DNA of 64,000 nt. Source: an uncultured Nitrospiraceae bacterium (GTDB lineage Bacteria > Nitrospirota > Nitrospiria > Nitrospirales > Nitrospiraceae). The stretch spans positions 823,270 to 887,269 of the forward strand of contig CAVSTP010000003.1 of assembly GCA_963730935.1 (NCBI GenBank). The letters are read 5' to 3'. The notes below the pieces were generated by a model. That model made no database searches. It was not told where the DNA came from and was given only the letters and a program-made list of their open reading frames with translations. Positions 38,709 through 47,930 of this stretch are shown here, piece by piece. Each line of letters starts with the position of its first letter. The first letter of the stretch is position 1. The position numbers and the translations under genes are program-made.

Positions 38709-39602
38709 GTGTGTATGAGGCTGGAGACGTTCATGAATCTACAACGTTGCTACAACGTGAGCGAGGATCTCTTTCCCTTACCGCCCCACATCAAGGAATC
38801 GTACGGCGCCTTTGGATTTCCGGCACCGGCCGTTTCCAGCCGCCCGTATATCGCATCCAACTTTGTCATGGGGCTCGACGGCAGGGCCTCCTTTCGAGAG
38901 TTGAAGGGTCGTGCTGATGGCCAAACAGTGTCCAGGAGTTGCGAAGATCACTGGCTTATGGATTTTCTGCGCGCGCACTACGACGCGCAGTTGATCGGTG
39001 CAAGCACGCTCCGTGAGGAATTAAACCCTGAGGGGCGCGGCTGGGACTACGGCATCGAGGATGAAGAGTTGCGGAGATATCGACAGGATGTTCTCGGATT
39101 GGGGCGGCAGAAAGTCTTCCTTCTCAGCGGGACCGGAGAAATCGATGTGACGCTTCGCATCTTCAGTTCTCCACGAGTTGAACCGTGGATCGTCACCGCT
39201 CGCGAGGGCGAAAAGCGTCTCAACTCGCAGCTCAAGCGATTAGGCCGTGAAGGAACGATTAGGATCCTGACTATCGGTGAGGGAACGCGGATCGATCTTC
39301 GTATGGCCGTTCAACTGCTTCGGAAAGAGCATGGTATCCGGACGCTCCTTTGTGAAGGCGGACCCACTACGTATGGAGAGTTCCTCAAGCTTCAGTTGAT
39401 TGATGAAGACTTTCGGACCCTGTCCCTCCAGGTATTAGGTGAGTCCACCGCGCCCGGCATCGACCGGCCGACGGCGTATGGGGACGTGAAGTACATACCG
39501 GAAACGGCACCCTGGTTTAAATTGATAAGTCTTCACTATGCGCTGCCTTACCACGCATTCCTCCGCCTTCGGTACACGGGTCCAAGAACGTTTGAGAACT
39601 GA
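38709..39602 (+). CDS. RibD C-terminal / dihydrofolate reductase-like protein
   Basis: 'NFVMGLDG', 'IGASTLR', 'LLCEGGP'. Confidence 0.85.
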   Translation: MCMRLETFMNLQRCYNVSEDLFPLPPHIKESYGAFGFPAPAVSSRPYIASNFVMGLDGRASFRELKGRADGQTVSRSCEDHWLMDFLRAHYDAQLIGASTLREELNPEGRGWDYGIEDEELRRYRQDVLGLGRQKVFLLSGTGEIDVTLRIFSSPRVEPWIVTAREGEKRLNSQLKRLGREGTIRILTIGEGTRIDLRMAVQLLRKEHGIRTLLCEGGPTTYGEFLKLQLIDEDFRTLSLQVLGESTAPGIDRPTAYGDVKYIPETAPWFKLISLHYALPYHAFLRLRYTGPRTFEN

Positions 39603-39780
39603 GGTCACCGTCTAAAGTCTTGTTTTCGCCACGACCCCGCTCCGTAAGACTATGTCTTCCTTCAATATCAGACGCAAGAATCTGTTAAGCGATCAAAGAC
39701 AATGTGCTAGGGATTTTACCGGTATAGTGACTTTCATCCACTCGGTATCATGGCATTGAAGACGGGGAAGAGAGGCTGTC

Positions 39781-39963
39781 ATGTTTAAGATCGCTACATT
39801 GGTTGCGTTGGTAATTGGGTTCTTGTTTCTAGGCCCAAAGGCTCTAGCCGAATTTCGAGGAGCGCGCAAGGCTAAACGCCGACCTCCCGCCAAGAAGGCT
39901 AAACGCCGGCCCCCTGCGAAGATCGGCCCCCGCACCCAGAGAAGAAAAGCACGCGCCGCTTAG
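39781..39963 (+). CDS. Small basic protein with KAKRRPPAK repeat
   Basis: GAGG RBS, N-terminal TM, 27-bp tandem repeat. Confidence 0.45.
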   Translation: MFKIATLVALVIGFLFLGPKALAEFRGARKAKRRPPAKKAKRRPPAKIGPRTQRRKARAA

Positions 39964-40486
39964 TTGGTTGCCGACCTTTCCCTTAGACAACCCGCTTGAA
40001 CAAGTCACCGTGTCCTATGAAACCAGTTTCAAGCGAATCTGGCTCGGGGTCAGGAATGGGAAGTAGGAGTTCGGGGAGTTCGAGTTCAGGCCAGGGATCA
40101 GGCAAAACAGGACCGCAGTCGAGTGGCAAACCGGGGAGTGGTACAACCCGTTAGAAATGGTGCTTCGGAGACGCCATCAACGGGAGGCCCCGTAGGGAAT
40201 TGCAGATTCGCAGCCCATCGCAGACTTGCAGAATTTTCCCACCATCCCATCTTCCAGCGAGAACTCTCCACCCCAATACATCATCGTCAAGGGTATTCAC
40301 GAGCACTCGATCGCGGCAAGTAACTAGATCGACGGGCCAGCCAGCAACCATCGGCGGAGTTATTAGGTCTCTGCCTAGCTTGGTGGTCTATAGGCAGGGC
40401 ATAAAATACATTATTTGACTCACATTTAAGTCAGGGGCGGTCAAAGACCAATCGACACGAATGTCGACTGCACAGTCAAAATCGAA

Positions 40487-41173
40487 ATGACGTCGACAGT
40501 CAGGTGTCGCAGTGGTTCGAAAAGCGGCATGACCATGAGTTCGTACGCGATGGTAGATTCTGCAATCCTCATCAGATGTTATTTGCTGTATTTCATTATT
40601 CCCTTATGGCTTGTCGCCGGACTGGCTGATTACCTTCTTCATCGGCAGACAAAGATTGAAGACACAAGTGGAATTAAAGAGTCTTTGCTGCACGCTGTGC
40701 AACTTGGAGAGACTGGAATCGCAATTGCGGCGGGTCTTCTCTTTGAAATTAATGCTCTGATCTTGCTCGTGATGCTTGTCGCGCTTGTGGTGCATGATGC
40801 AACAGCGCTCTGGGATACGAAATATGCAATACACCGTCGATACGTCGGCGCTCTCGAACAACATGTGCACAGTTTTCTCGAGCTCCTTCCGCTTATGGCG
40901 GTATCATTTGTCATCATCCTGCATTGGCCGCAATTTCTCGCATTAGCCGGTTTGGGTTCTGAGTCGCCGCGTTTTGATCTTCAATTCAAATCTACTCCAT
41001 TACCTGTTTCCTACTTAGTGCCCTTATCGATTGCGGTCGTATCGTTCGCAGTACTGCCGTATGCAGAGGAGCTGTGGCGCTGCGCGAAGCAGGACAGAGC
41101 TAGAGAGCTTGTTGAGCAAGAGCAGTCTGTCCTCAGGACGTCCGACGGTTCACTAAGCGATGGACTAACTTAA
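40487..41173 (+). CDS. Membrane protein with conserved His motifs (start uncertain)
   Basis: 'ADYLLHR...IE', 'ESLLH', 'EQHVHSFLE', 'PYAEELWRC'. Confidence 0.75.
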   Translation: MTSTVRCRSGSKSGMTMSSYAMVDSAILIRCYLLYFIIPLWLVAGLADYLLHRQTKIEDTSGIKESLLHAVQLGETGIAIAAGLLFEINALILLVMLVALVVHDATALWDTKYAIHRRYVGALEQHVHSFLELLPLMAVSFVIILHWPQFLALAGLGSESPRFDLQFKSTPLPVSYLVPLSIAVVSFAVLPYAEELWRCAKQDRARELVEQEQSVLRTSDGSLSDGLT

Positions 41174-41601
41174 TGGGCAATCTTGCGTGAACGAACTTTG
41201 ATCATACAAAAGTGGTTGGACTGATAGTACGGTTCAAGGAGGCAACGCCGATGGCGATGGAGCGCATGAGGCAAAAGAAATCGGTTGGTCAAGCGGGGCT
41301 ACCTAGTGGGGGCCGAAGCAGCCCCAGGTTTCGACAGGCTGGTACAGAACTCGTCATGAACCCATAAAGAATGGGCATCTTTCATCTTTGTTGTTGGCCA
41401 AATCCTGCCGACGGCCTCTGGAGGGCCCGACCGCCGACTGAAATAGCGGTGGGCCATGACTGGTGGAGCGACTACGACCTCCTCGCTTTATCGTTTGCGG
41501 CCGTTTGGGCAGTGATATTTTGCTCTTCACCTAGGGTATTGAGCAGGTCACTGATATCTCGCACCCTCCTACACTGCGGTTTCAATGGAGCAAAAAAGGA
41601 A

Positions 41602-41805
41602 ATGACCGCTTATCCCGATAAGTCAGAACCGCCCATGCTGATGATTTGTACGAAATGTCAGCTCGTGCATGATGACGGGGGAGGATGGCTCACCAAAAAA
41701 GCCTATCGAGACGCAACCGGGGTTGATCCCGCTACCTGCCTTCTGACGCCTGACTACTGCCCCACGTGTTACGAGTTTTTCATCCAGAAACTCCAAGCAG
41801 CTTAA
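41602..41805 (+). CDS. Small CxxC...CxxC protein
   Basis: 'ICTKC', 'LTPDYCPTC'. Confidence 0.6.
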   Translation: MTAYPDKSEPPMLMICTKCQLVHDDGGGWLTKKAYRDATGVDPATCLLTPDYCPTCYEFFIQKLQAA

Positions 41806-41976
41806 TCCTGTATGGCAGAGTCCGCCCGGGCGTAACCGAATTCAGTCGTGCGGCTAAAGTTTGCTTGGCTTGCGGGATCTATCTGAAGAGGAAGGGGAGG
41901 CCGTAAGGGATACGCCTTTGCAGCTTTCTATAAAGTTCCCTGATGATCAAGAAGATGCCTGCGCTCTAAAAGCATT

Positions 41977-42072
41977 TGCGGAGAGGGGTAGGATTCAGAA
42001 CCCTCGGTCCGGGAGGGCAAACCGGACAGCAGCCATAATGGAGGGTTGGAACGTATAGCCGCTCTCCTCTCC
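41977..42072 (-). pseudogene. Degenerate tRNA-Ser-like sequence
   Basis: Minus strand GGAGAGG...TCCGG-N9-CCGGA (long variable arm)...GAGGGTTCtGAATCC...CCTCTCC-G. D and anticodon arms are disrupted. Confidence 0.5.
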
Positions 42073-42524
42073 AACACCACACTACACCAGCCCTAGGAAC
42101 GTCCCACTGGGATGGAGCCTGTAAAGCCCTGCTGCCCATGCTAGAGAGCGTTTCGGATTGCCCATCTTTCGACCTGCTGCACTAGTAATGCCACTATCGG
42201 CGCGGAGTCGCCATCAGCGAAGCAGATCTGTTGCGAGAAGGCGGTCCGGTCGCCTCTACGGCCTACTATGTGGGACTTAAGGCCAAGAACGAAGGTCGAT
42301 ATATTGACGCGTCTGATTGGTTTCGATTTGGCATGGAAAAGGGATCGAGCCAAGAGCCGGAACAAAAATGGTGCGGTGATGCCCTTAGGCGTTGGAGGCT
42401 GGACGAACACAATCTCGACTATGCTGCGGCTAGAAAACTTTAAAGTGGATGTCTTATGACCATTTTGAACCGGTATCTCACATGAACTGTTATTTTCGAG
42501 TCCTAGGCTTGTGCAGACTCATAG

Positions 42525-42692
42525 GCAATGACCGACCGGTCATTGCACATCATTAATAGGAAATCTTTGGCGAATCGTGACCTAATCCGGCCTAGCCTTA
42601 CGCCCGGAACGTTGCTTGTTCACAAGTAGTGGAACTCATGCGTGGTTTGCTAAACCTACCATAAGCGACCCGCGGCTTAGCTGGACTATTCG
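42525..42692. repeat. ~170-bp dispersed repeat, copy 2
   Basis: Matches 30652-30823. Starts with GCAATGACCG-AC-CGGTCATTGC. Confidence 0.9.
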
Positions 42693-42853
42693 CTGATATT
42701 GACCTCTAGAAATCTACCGACTGGTAGCTAAGAAGTAGCAAGACTAATCATTTTCCGATCCAGCCAGATGAATCCAAAGGGAGAGCGAACTAATACACCG
42801 CAGGTCACTATACATGGCCTGTAATCCTTCACAGTGCCTGCGTTGCTCCGCGA

Positions 42854-44029
42854 TTAAAAACCGGCCTTCTTCATTCGCTCGACGGCCTCTGCGAGCCGCT
42901 CCTTCGACGTACATACCGTCATGCGAATGTATCCTTCCCCCGGGGCGCCGAAACCATTGCCGGGCGTCGTGACGATTCCGGCTTTCTCGATGAGATGTGC
43001 GGTGAACGTCGTCGATGTGTAGCCCTTCGGCACCCTCACCCAAGCGCAGAAGGTCGCAGGAGGAGCATCAACTTCAAGTCCGAGCTTCTTGAGGCCCGGG
43101 ATCAACGTGTCACGCCGTTCCTGATAAATCTTCCTGAAATTATCGGTCACCGAATCGTCCAATCCAAGGGCGGTGATCCCCGCAACCTGCACCGCTTCGA
43201 AGACGCCGGAGTCTAAATTGCTTTTTACCTTGCCAAGGCCAGACAAGATCTCTTTCTGCCCAACGGCATATCCAAGCCGCCACCCCGTCATGTTGTACGT
43301 TTTTGAAAGCGAGTGAAATTCCACACCCACCTCCTTGGCTCCCTCAACCTCCATAAAACTCGCCGGTCGTCTGCCGTCGTAATAGATCTCCGAAAAGGCA
43401 GCATCGTGGCACACGATGACCTGGTTCTCCTGCGCAAATTCGACCACACGCTTGAAGTAGTCCTTGGTCATGATGACCGAGGTGGGATTATTCGGCGAAT
43501 TCAGCCACATCAACTTGGCTTTCTTTGCGACCTCTTTCGGGATCGCAGTCAGGTCCGGCAAAAAACCGTTCTCCTTCGTGAGCGGCATCATGTGCGAGAT
43601 GCCGTCGCTGAAACTCGTGCCGACCGGATAGACCTGATAGCAGGGGCTCGGAATGAGCACAATATCGCCCGGGTCCACGAACGCCATATGGATGTGACCA
43701 ATTCCTTCTTTGGAACCGATTAAAGTCAACACCTCGTCGGCCGGATCGAGCACGACATTGAACCGCCGTGAATACCAATCGGCTACCGCCTTGCGGAACG
43801 CCAACATGCCTTCGTACGAGGGATACTGATGATGCTTCGGATCTTTGGCCGCTTGCGCCAGACTCTTGATAATGGGAATTGGAGTCGGTAAATCGGGATC
43901 GCCGATACCGAGATTGATGATGTCCACCCCGCGGGCAATCGCCGCCTGCTTCATCTTGTCCATGGCAGCAAAGAGGGATGACGGGAGCATCTTGATACGT
44001 GTGGCGATTTCAATTGGGAAACCGCTCAT
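42854..44029 (-). CDS. dapL: LL-diaminopimelate aminotransferase-like (class I/II PLP enzyme)
   Basis: 'INLGIGDPD', 'LIGSKEGI', 'SPNNPT', 'SLSKTYNMTGWRLG', 'PGNGFG..GEGYIR'. Confidence 0.8.
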   Translation of the reverse strand: MSGFPIEIATRIKMLPSSLFAAMDKMKQAAIARGVDIINLGIGDPDLPTPIPIIKSLAQAAKDPKHHQYPSYEGMLAFRKAVADWYSRRFNVVLDPADEVLTLIGSKEGIGHIHMAFVDPGDIVLIPSPCYQVYPVGTSFSDGISHMMPLTKENGFLPDLTAIPKEVAKKAKLMWLNSPNNPTSVIMTKDYFKRVVEFAQENQVIVCHDAAFSEIYYDGRRPASFMEVEGAKEVGVEFHSLSKTYNMTGWRLGYAVGQKEILSGLGKVKSNLDSGVFEAVQVAGITALGLDDSVTDNFRKIYQERRDTLIPGLKKLGLEVDAPPATFCAWVRVPKGYTSTTFTAHLIEKAGIVTTPGNGFGAPGEGYIRMTVCTSKERLAEAVERMKKAGF

Positions 44030-44387
44030 AACTGATCAATCTCCTTAGTTAGAAACATCGATACGTCCCCTCCAATCGATTCACTGAAGTCTCGCGTAGC
44101 CGTACTGGCCGGATTTTAGGCGTCATCTCTATTTTAAGTTTGATCTCTATTGACTGTCACGGGGCTGGAAAGTGCTTGCAGGCTTCGATCAGGGTGGTGC
44201 CGACGCCTTAATGGGTTCCTCACTTATCTCTGACTCCTCAGTAAGTGATTGAAGCAACGCTGATTGGCGCTGCTTCCAAAAATTTTCAAACCGAGGTATC
44301 CTGCCGCCCTATTCCGCAATGATGGATGTCCCGTACGATCATACGGGAACGAGACCCTTCACGCCCCTTCAGCCCGGGAGGTGACTC

Positions 44388-44672
44388 ATGTCCTGTCCAC
44401 ACGCAGCTGCTCTTCAGCCTGTGACTGCTCGCACTCAAGGCTGTGAAGAATGCCTGACAACCGGATCATCCTGGGTTCACCTCCGTCTCTGCCTGACGTG
44501 CGGTCATGTCGGGTGTTGCGACAGCTCGCCCAATCGCCATGCCACAAAACATTTCGAACACACGACCCATCCAGTGATGGCCTCGTTCGAGCGCGGCGAG
44601 CGGTGGGCCTGGTGTTACGTCGATCAGATGGACCTCGACGTGCCGAAACGGGTCGCGAAGTCCTTGCGGTAG
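44388..44672 (+). CDS. UBP-type zinc finger protein
   Basis: 'CEEC...WVHLRLCLTCGHVGCCDSSPNRHATKHF...WCYVD'. Confidence 0.92.
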   Translation: MSCPHAAALQPVTARTQGCEECLTTGSSWVHLRLCLTCGHVGCCDSSPNRHATKHFEHTTHPVMASFERGERWAWCYVDQMDLDVPKRVAKSLR

Positions 44673-44722
44673 TGAGGGAAGTTCATGGCGGTGCAGTTCG
44701 AACACGAATACTTGAGGGTCAT

Positions 44723-45484
44723 GTGAATGAGCGCGTGAGTTCTCTGGTTTCCTTCCGACAGGTTTCCGCTCGCATCGGTCAGAAAGATATTCTGAATAAT
44801 CTCAGTTTCGATGTCGAAGCCGGCGAGACGCTGGTGCTCCTGGGTCGTAGCGGATCCGGCAAGACCACGGCCTTGAAAATGGTAAATGGCTTGCTCCTGC
44901 CAAGCGCCGGCAAGGTCTCGATCGAGGGTGTTCCCACGACCGCCTGGGACCTGATCCGGCTGAGGCGTCGAATTGGCTACGTGATTCAGGATGCAGGTCT
45001 CTTTCCGCATTTCACTGTGGCCGCAAATGTCGGACTCGTTCCGCGCTTGGAAGGTTGGCCACTCCGCGATATCGACGCTCGGGTCGAGCATTTGCTGACT
45101 CAGATCGGGCTTCCTCCGACGCAGTTCGCCACACGCTATCCCCGCGAGTTGTCCGGCGGTCAACGTCAGCGGGTGGGGGTTGCCCGCGCACTCGCGGCAG
45201 ATCCGCCGCTGTTGCTCTTGGACGAACCCTTCGGCGCGCTTGATCCGGTGACTCGTGTGGAACTGCAGCAGCAGTTCCTCGACCTGCGCAACAAACTCGG
45301 GAAGACGGCGCTGCTCGTCACCCATGATGTCCGGGAAGCGTTGCTGCTGGGTACCCGCATCGGGGTGCTTCACAATGGTCGATTGGTGTTTCTGGGGGGA
45401 CGCTCCGAGTTCCTCAAAGCCGACGAACAGGAAGTGCGGGCGTTTCATACCTGCCTGGAGGAAAAGTGGAAGGACACGATTTGA
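44723..45484 (+). CDS. Osmoprotectant-type ABC ATP-binding protein
   Basis: GRSGSGKTT, 'LRRRIGYVIQ..GLFPH', LSGGQRQR. Start reassigned to GTG 44723. Confidence 0.9.
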   Translation: MNERVSSLVSFRQVSARIGQKDILNNLSFDVEAGETLVLLGRSGSGKTTALKMVNGLLLPSAGKVSIEGVPTTAWDLIRLRRRIGYVIQDAGLFPHFTVAANVGLVPRLEGWPLRDIDARVEHLLTQIGLPPTQFATRYPRELSGGQRQRVGVARALAADPPLLLLDEPFGALDPVTRVELQQQFLDLRNKLGKTALLVTHDVREALLLGTRIGVLHNGRLVFLGGRSEFLKADEQEVRAFHTCLEEKWKDTI

Positions 45485-46101
45485 TGTCTTCCGCGTTGGC
45501 ACACGACATCCTCGATTTGACGTTCGAACACCTGTTCCTGGTGAGCCTCTCCATGGGGATCGCCGCAGCGGTGGCGATCCCAGCCGGCATTCTGCTCACC
45601 CGTCGCAGGTTCCTTCAAGGGTGGGTACTGGGATTTGCGAACGTCATGCAAACCGTACCGAGTCTGGCCCTGTTCGGATTTCTCATTCCTCTTCCGTTCC
45701 TTGGCGGGATCGGGAAGCACACGGCCATTGTCGCGCTCGTGCTCTATGCGCTCCTGCCGATCCTGCGCAATACGCTCACCGGCATTCTGGGCGTGGACCC
45801 CACCGTGCGTGAGTCGGCCATCGCCATGGGCATGACGGGACGGCAGCTGCTGTTGGAGGTTGAGCTTCCGCTGGCGGCGAGGACGATTCTGGCCGGCCTG
45901 CGCATCGCGACCGTAACGACGATCGGGACAGCGACAATTGCCGCCGCCATTGGCGGCGGTGGGCTCGGTGTGTTTATTTTTCGCGGCCTGGCATCCGTCG
46001 ATACGACGCTGCTTCTGGCCGGTGCAGTTCCGGCTGCCTTGATCGCGGTGGCGGCGGATCGAGGACTCGAATGGGTCGAACACAAATTGTCGCCTGTGTG
46101 A
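45466..46101 (+). CDS. Osmoprotectant-type ABC permease
   Basis: 'QTVPSLAL', 'YALLPILRNT', 'IGGGGLG'. Confidence 0.9.
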   Translation: MEGHDLMSSALAHDILDLTFEHLFLVSLSMGIAAAVAIPAGILLTRRRFLQGWVLGFANVMQTVPSLALFGFLIPLPFLGGIGKHTAIVALVLYALLPILRNTLTGILGVDPTVRESAIAMGMTGRQLLLEVELPLAARTILAGLRIATVTTIGTATIAAAIGGGGLGVFIFRGLASVDTTLLLAGAVPAALIAVAADRGLEWVEHKLSPV

Positions 46102-46961
46102 TCGTCGGACTGTGGGTGGCAGGCATCGTCGGCTGCACAAGGGAACACCCGATCACCGTCGGCTCGAAGAATTTCACGGAGCAGGTCGTCCTCGGTGAGA
46201 TCATCGCGCAGCATCTGGAACATCGTCTGGGCCAAAGGGTTAAGCGTCAGCTGAACTTGGGCGGGACCATGTTGGCGCATCAAGCGCTGGTGCGCGGTGA
46301 AATTGACCTCTATCCTGAGTACACGGGGACCGCGCTGACGACAATCTTAAAGTTACCACCCGCCGGTGATCCGGCTGCGGCCATCGCACTCGTCCGAGGC
46401 GAGTATCAGACGCGATTCGGTCTAGAATGGATGGATCCGTTGGGCTTCAATAATACGTTCGCGATGGTGATCCGCGGAGAAGACGCTCGGAAAGACAAGA
46501 TTGCCACCTTGAGCGATGCGGCGCGGCATGCTCCTGGTTGGAATCTCGGTGTGGGGTACGAATTCCAACAGCGGCCGGATGGACTGGCCGGATTACTGAA
46601 GACCTATCATCTTCCGATCCACGGATCGCCCAAGACCATGGACCTTGGCTTGCTGTACAAGGCACTCGAACAAGGACAGGTGAGCATGGTGGCCGGGAAT
46701 GCTACCGACGGCCAGTTGTCGGTTCTGGATGCGCTCGTCCTGCAGGATGACCAGCGTTATTTCCCTCCGTACGACTGTGGTTTGGTCGTGCGTCCTGAGA
46801 TATTGAAAGACCATCCTGCCTTGCGGCAGGCCCTCGTCGAACTGGCTGGACGGCTCACCGACGTGACCATGCGAAAGTTGAACTATCAGGTGGACGGCGA
46901 ACATCGTTCCGTACGGGACGTGGCGGAGCAGTTCTTACGGGAAGCCGGTCTGCTTCGTTAA
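46071..46961 (+). CDS. Glycine betaine/ergothioneine-type ABC substrate-binding lipoprotein
   Basis: 'GSKNFTEQ', 'YPEYTGT', 'GFNNTF', 'YFPPY'. Confidence 0.9.
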   Translation: MGRTQIVACVIVGLWVAGIVGCTREHPITVGSKNFTEQVVLGEIIAQHLEHRLGQRVKRQLNLGGTMLAHQALVRGEIDLYPEYTGTALTTILKLPPAGDPAAAIALVRGEYQTRFGLEWMDPLGFNNTFAMVIRGEDARKDKIATLSDAARHAPGWNLGVGYEFQQRPDGLAGLLKTYHLPIHGSPKTMDLGLLYKALEQGQVSMVAGNATDGQLSVLDALVLQDDQRYFPPYDCGLVVRPEILKDHPALRQALVELAGRLTDVTMRKLNYQVDGEHRSVRDVAEQFLREAGLLR

Positions 46962-47926
46962 GAGGCGATCAATAGATTTTCGGCAAAGGCCCATTCCGTA
47001 TCGATCCATTGGGCTTCGCAGAGGAATCCCGTACGTCGAGCGAGACCAGGAATCTCCTCGACGCGAAACTTATAGCAGGCTTCCGTCCAGATCGTTTCCC
47101 CTTCTTTCAAGGAACAGGTGAACTCCGCGGCCCGAATCGAGACGGTTTGGTTCCTGGTCGAGCGGAGATGCATCTCGATCCGACGGTGAATGTCCTGATA
47201 CCGGACGTCGTGTTCGAAGTGCCGGAGGATAATGTCTCCCCCGAGTTCCCGATTGATCCGAGCGAGCAGATTCAGGTTGAAGGCAGCGGTGACGCAAGTC
47301 GGGTCATTATAGGCCAGTAGCATGTCGCGGACCGATTTCTCCACGTCAGTCCCCAGGAGAAGTGCGTCGCCATGCTTCAAATGCCGGCGGATGTCGCGCA
47401 GAAAACTCTCAGCTGCCGGCGGATCAAAATTGCCGATGCTGCTTCCGAGGAACAAGACTAGGAATGTCTGCTCGGGCCGGCGGCGGGCCGCTGCTTCCTG
47501 AAGCCCTTCCAGATACGACCGTTCCAGCCCGACCATGCTGACTGAGCCCAGATGTCCGAGTTCTTGGTGGCACTTGAGGAGAGCCGCGGCCGAGACATCG
47601 ATGGGAAAATACGCCACGGGCTCCCGATCCGCGAGCGCTTCCAATATCCAGCGAGTCTTTCGGCCGCTGCCGCTTCCCAGTTCAACCACTGCCACGGGTG
47701 GCGGAAGATGTTCGACCATTGCTCCGGCATGGCAGCGGAGGAGCCGCAACTCGGCGCGCGTCAGCCCATATTCCGGTAGCAAGGTGATCGCTTCAAATAA
47801 TGCTGTTCCCAGCTCATCGTACAGATACATCGATGGGAGTTCGCGTTGGGCGACCTTCCCGAGGCCGTCGCGCACTGCGACGGCAAACTCGCGGAGCGTG
47901 TCGGTGTGCACAGTCTGCAAGAGCAT
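46958..47926 (-). CDS. egtD: L-histidine N-alpha-methyltransferase
   Basis: 'LYDELG..LFEAITLLPEY', 'ELGSGSGRKT', 'FLGSSIGN', 'TAAFNLN', 'RIEMHL'. Start reassigned to ATG 47926. Confidence 0.92.
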   Translation of the reverse strand: MLLQTVHTDTLREFAVAVRDGLGKVAQRELPSMYLYDELGTALFEAITLLPEYGLTRAELRLLRCHAGAMVEHLPPPVAVVELGSGSGRKTRWILEALADREPVAYFPIDVSAAALLKCHQELGHLGSVSMVGLERSYLEGLQEAAARRRPEQTFLVLFLGSSIGNFDPPAAESFLRDIRRHLKHGDALLLGTDVEKSVRDMLLAYNDPTCVTAAFNLNLLARINRELGGDIILRHFEHDVRYQDIHRRIEMHLRSTRNQTVSIRAAEFTCSLKEGETIWTEACYKFRVEEIPGLARRTGFLCEAQWIDTEWAFAENLLIAS

Positions 47927-47930
47927 CAAA

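Noticed and set aside
40197..40213. 17-bp exact repeat gaattgcagattcgcag, also at 52219-52235
   Set aside because: Faint tRNA-Cys-like look but no supporting structure or flanking homology, so I cannot assign it.
44624..46283. Long antisense ORFs (44624-45502, 45445-46140; likewise 56911-57858, 57953-58774, 49345-49998)
   Set aside because: Shadow ORFs opposite well-supported genes in GC-rich DNA.
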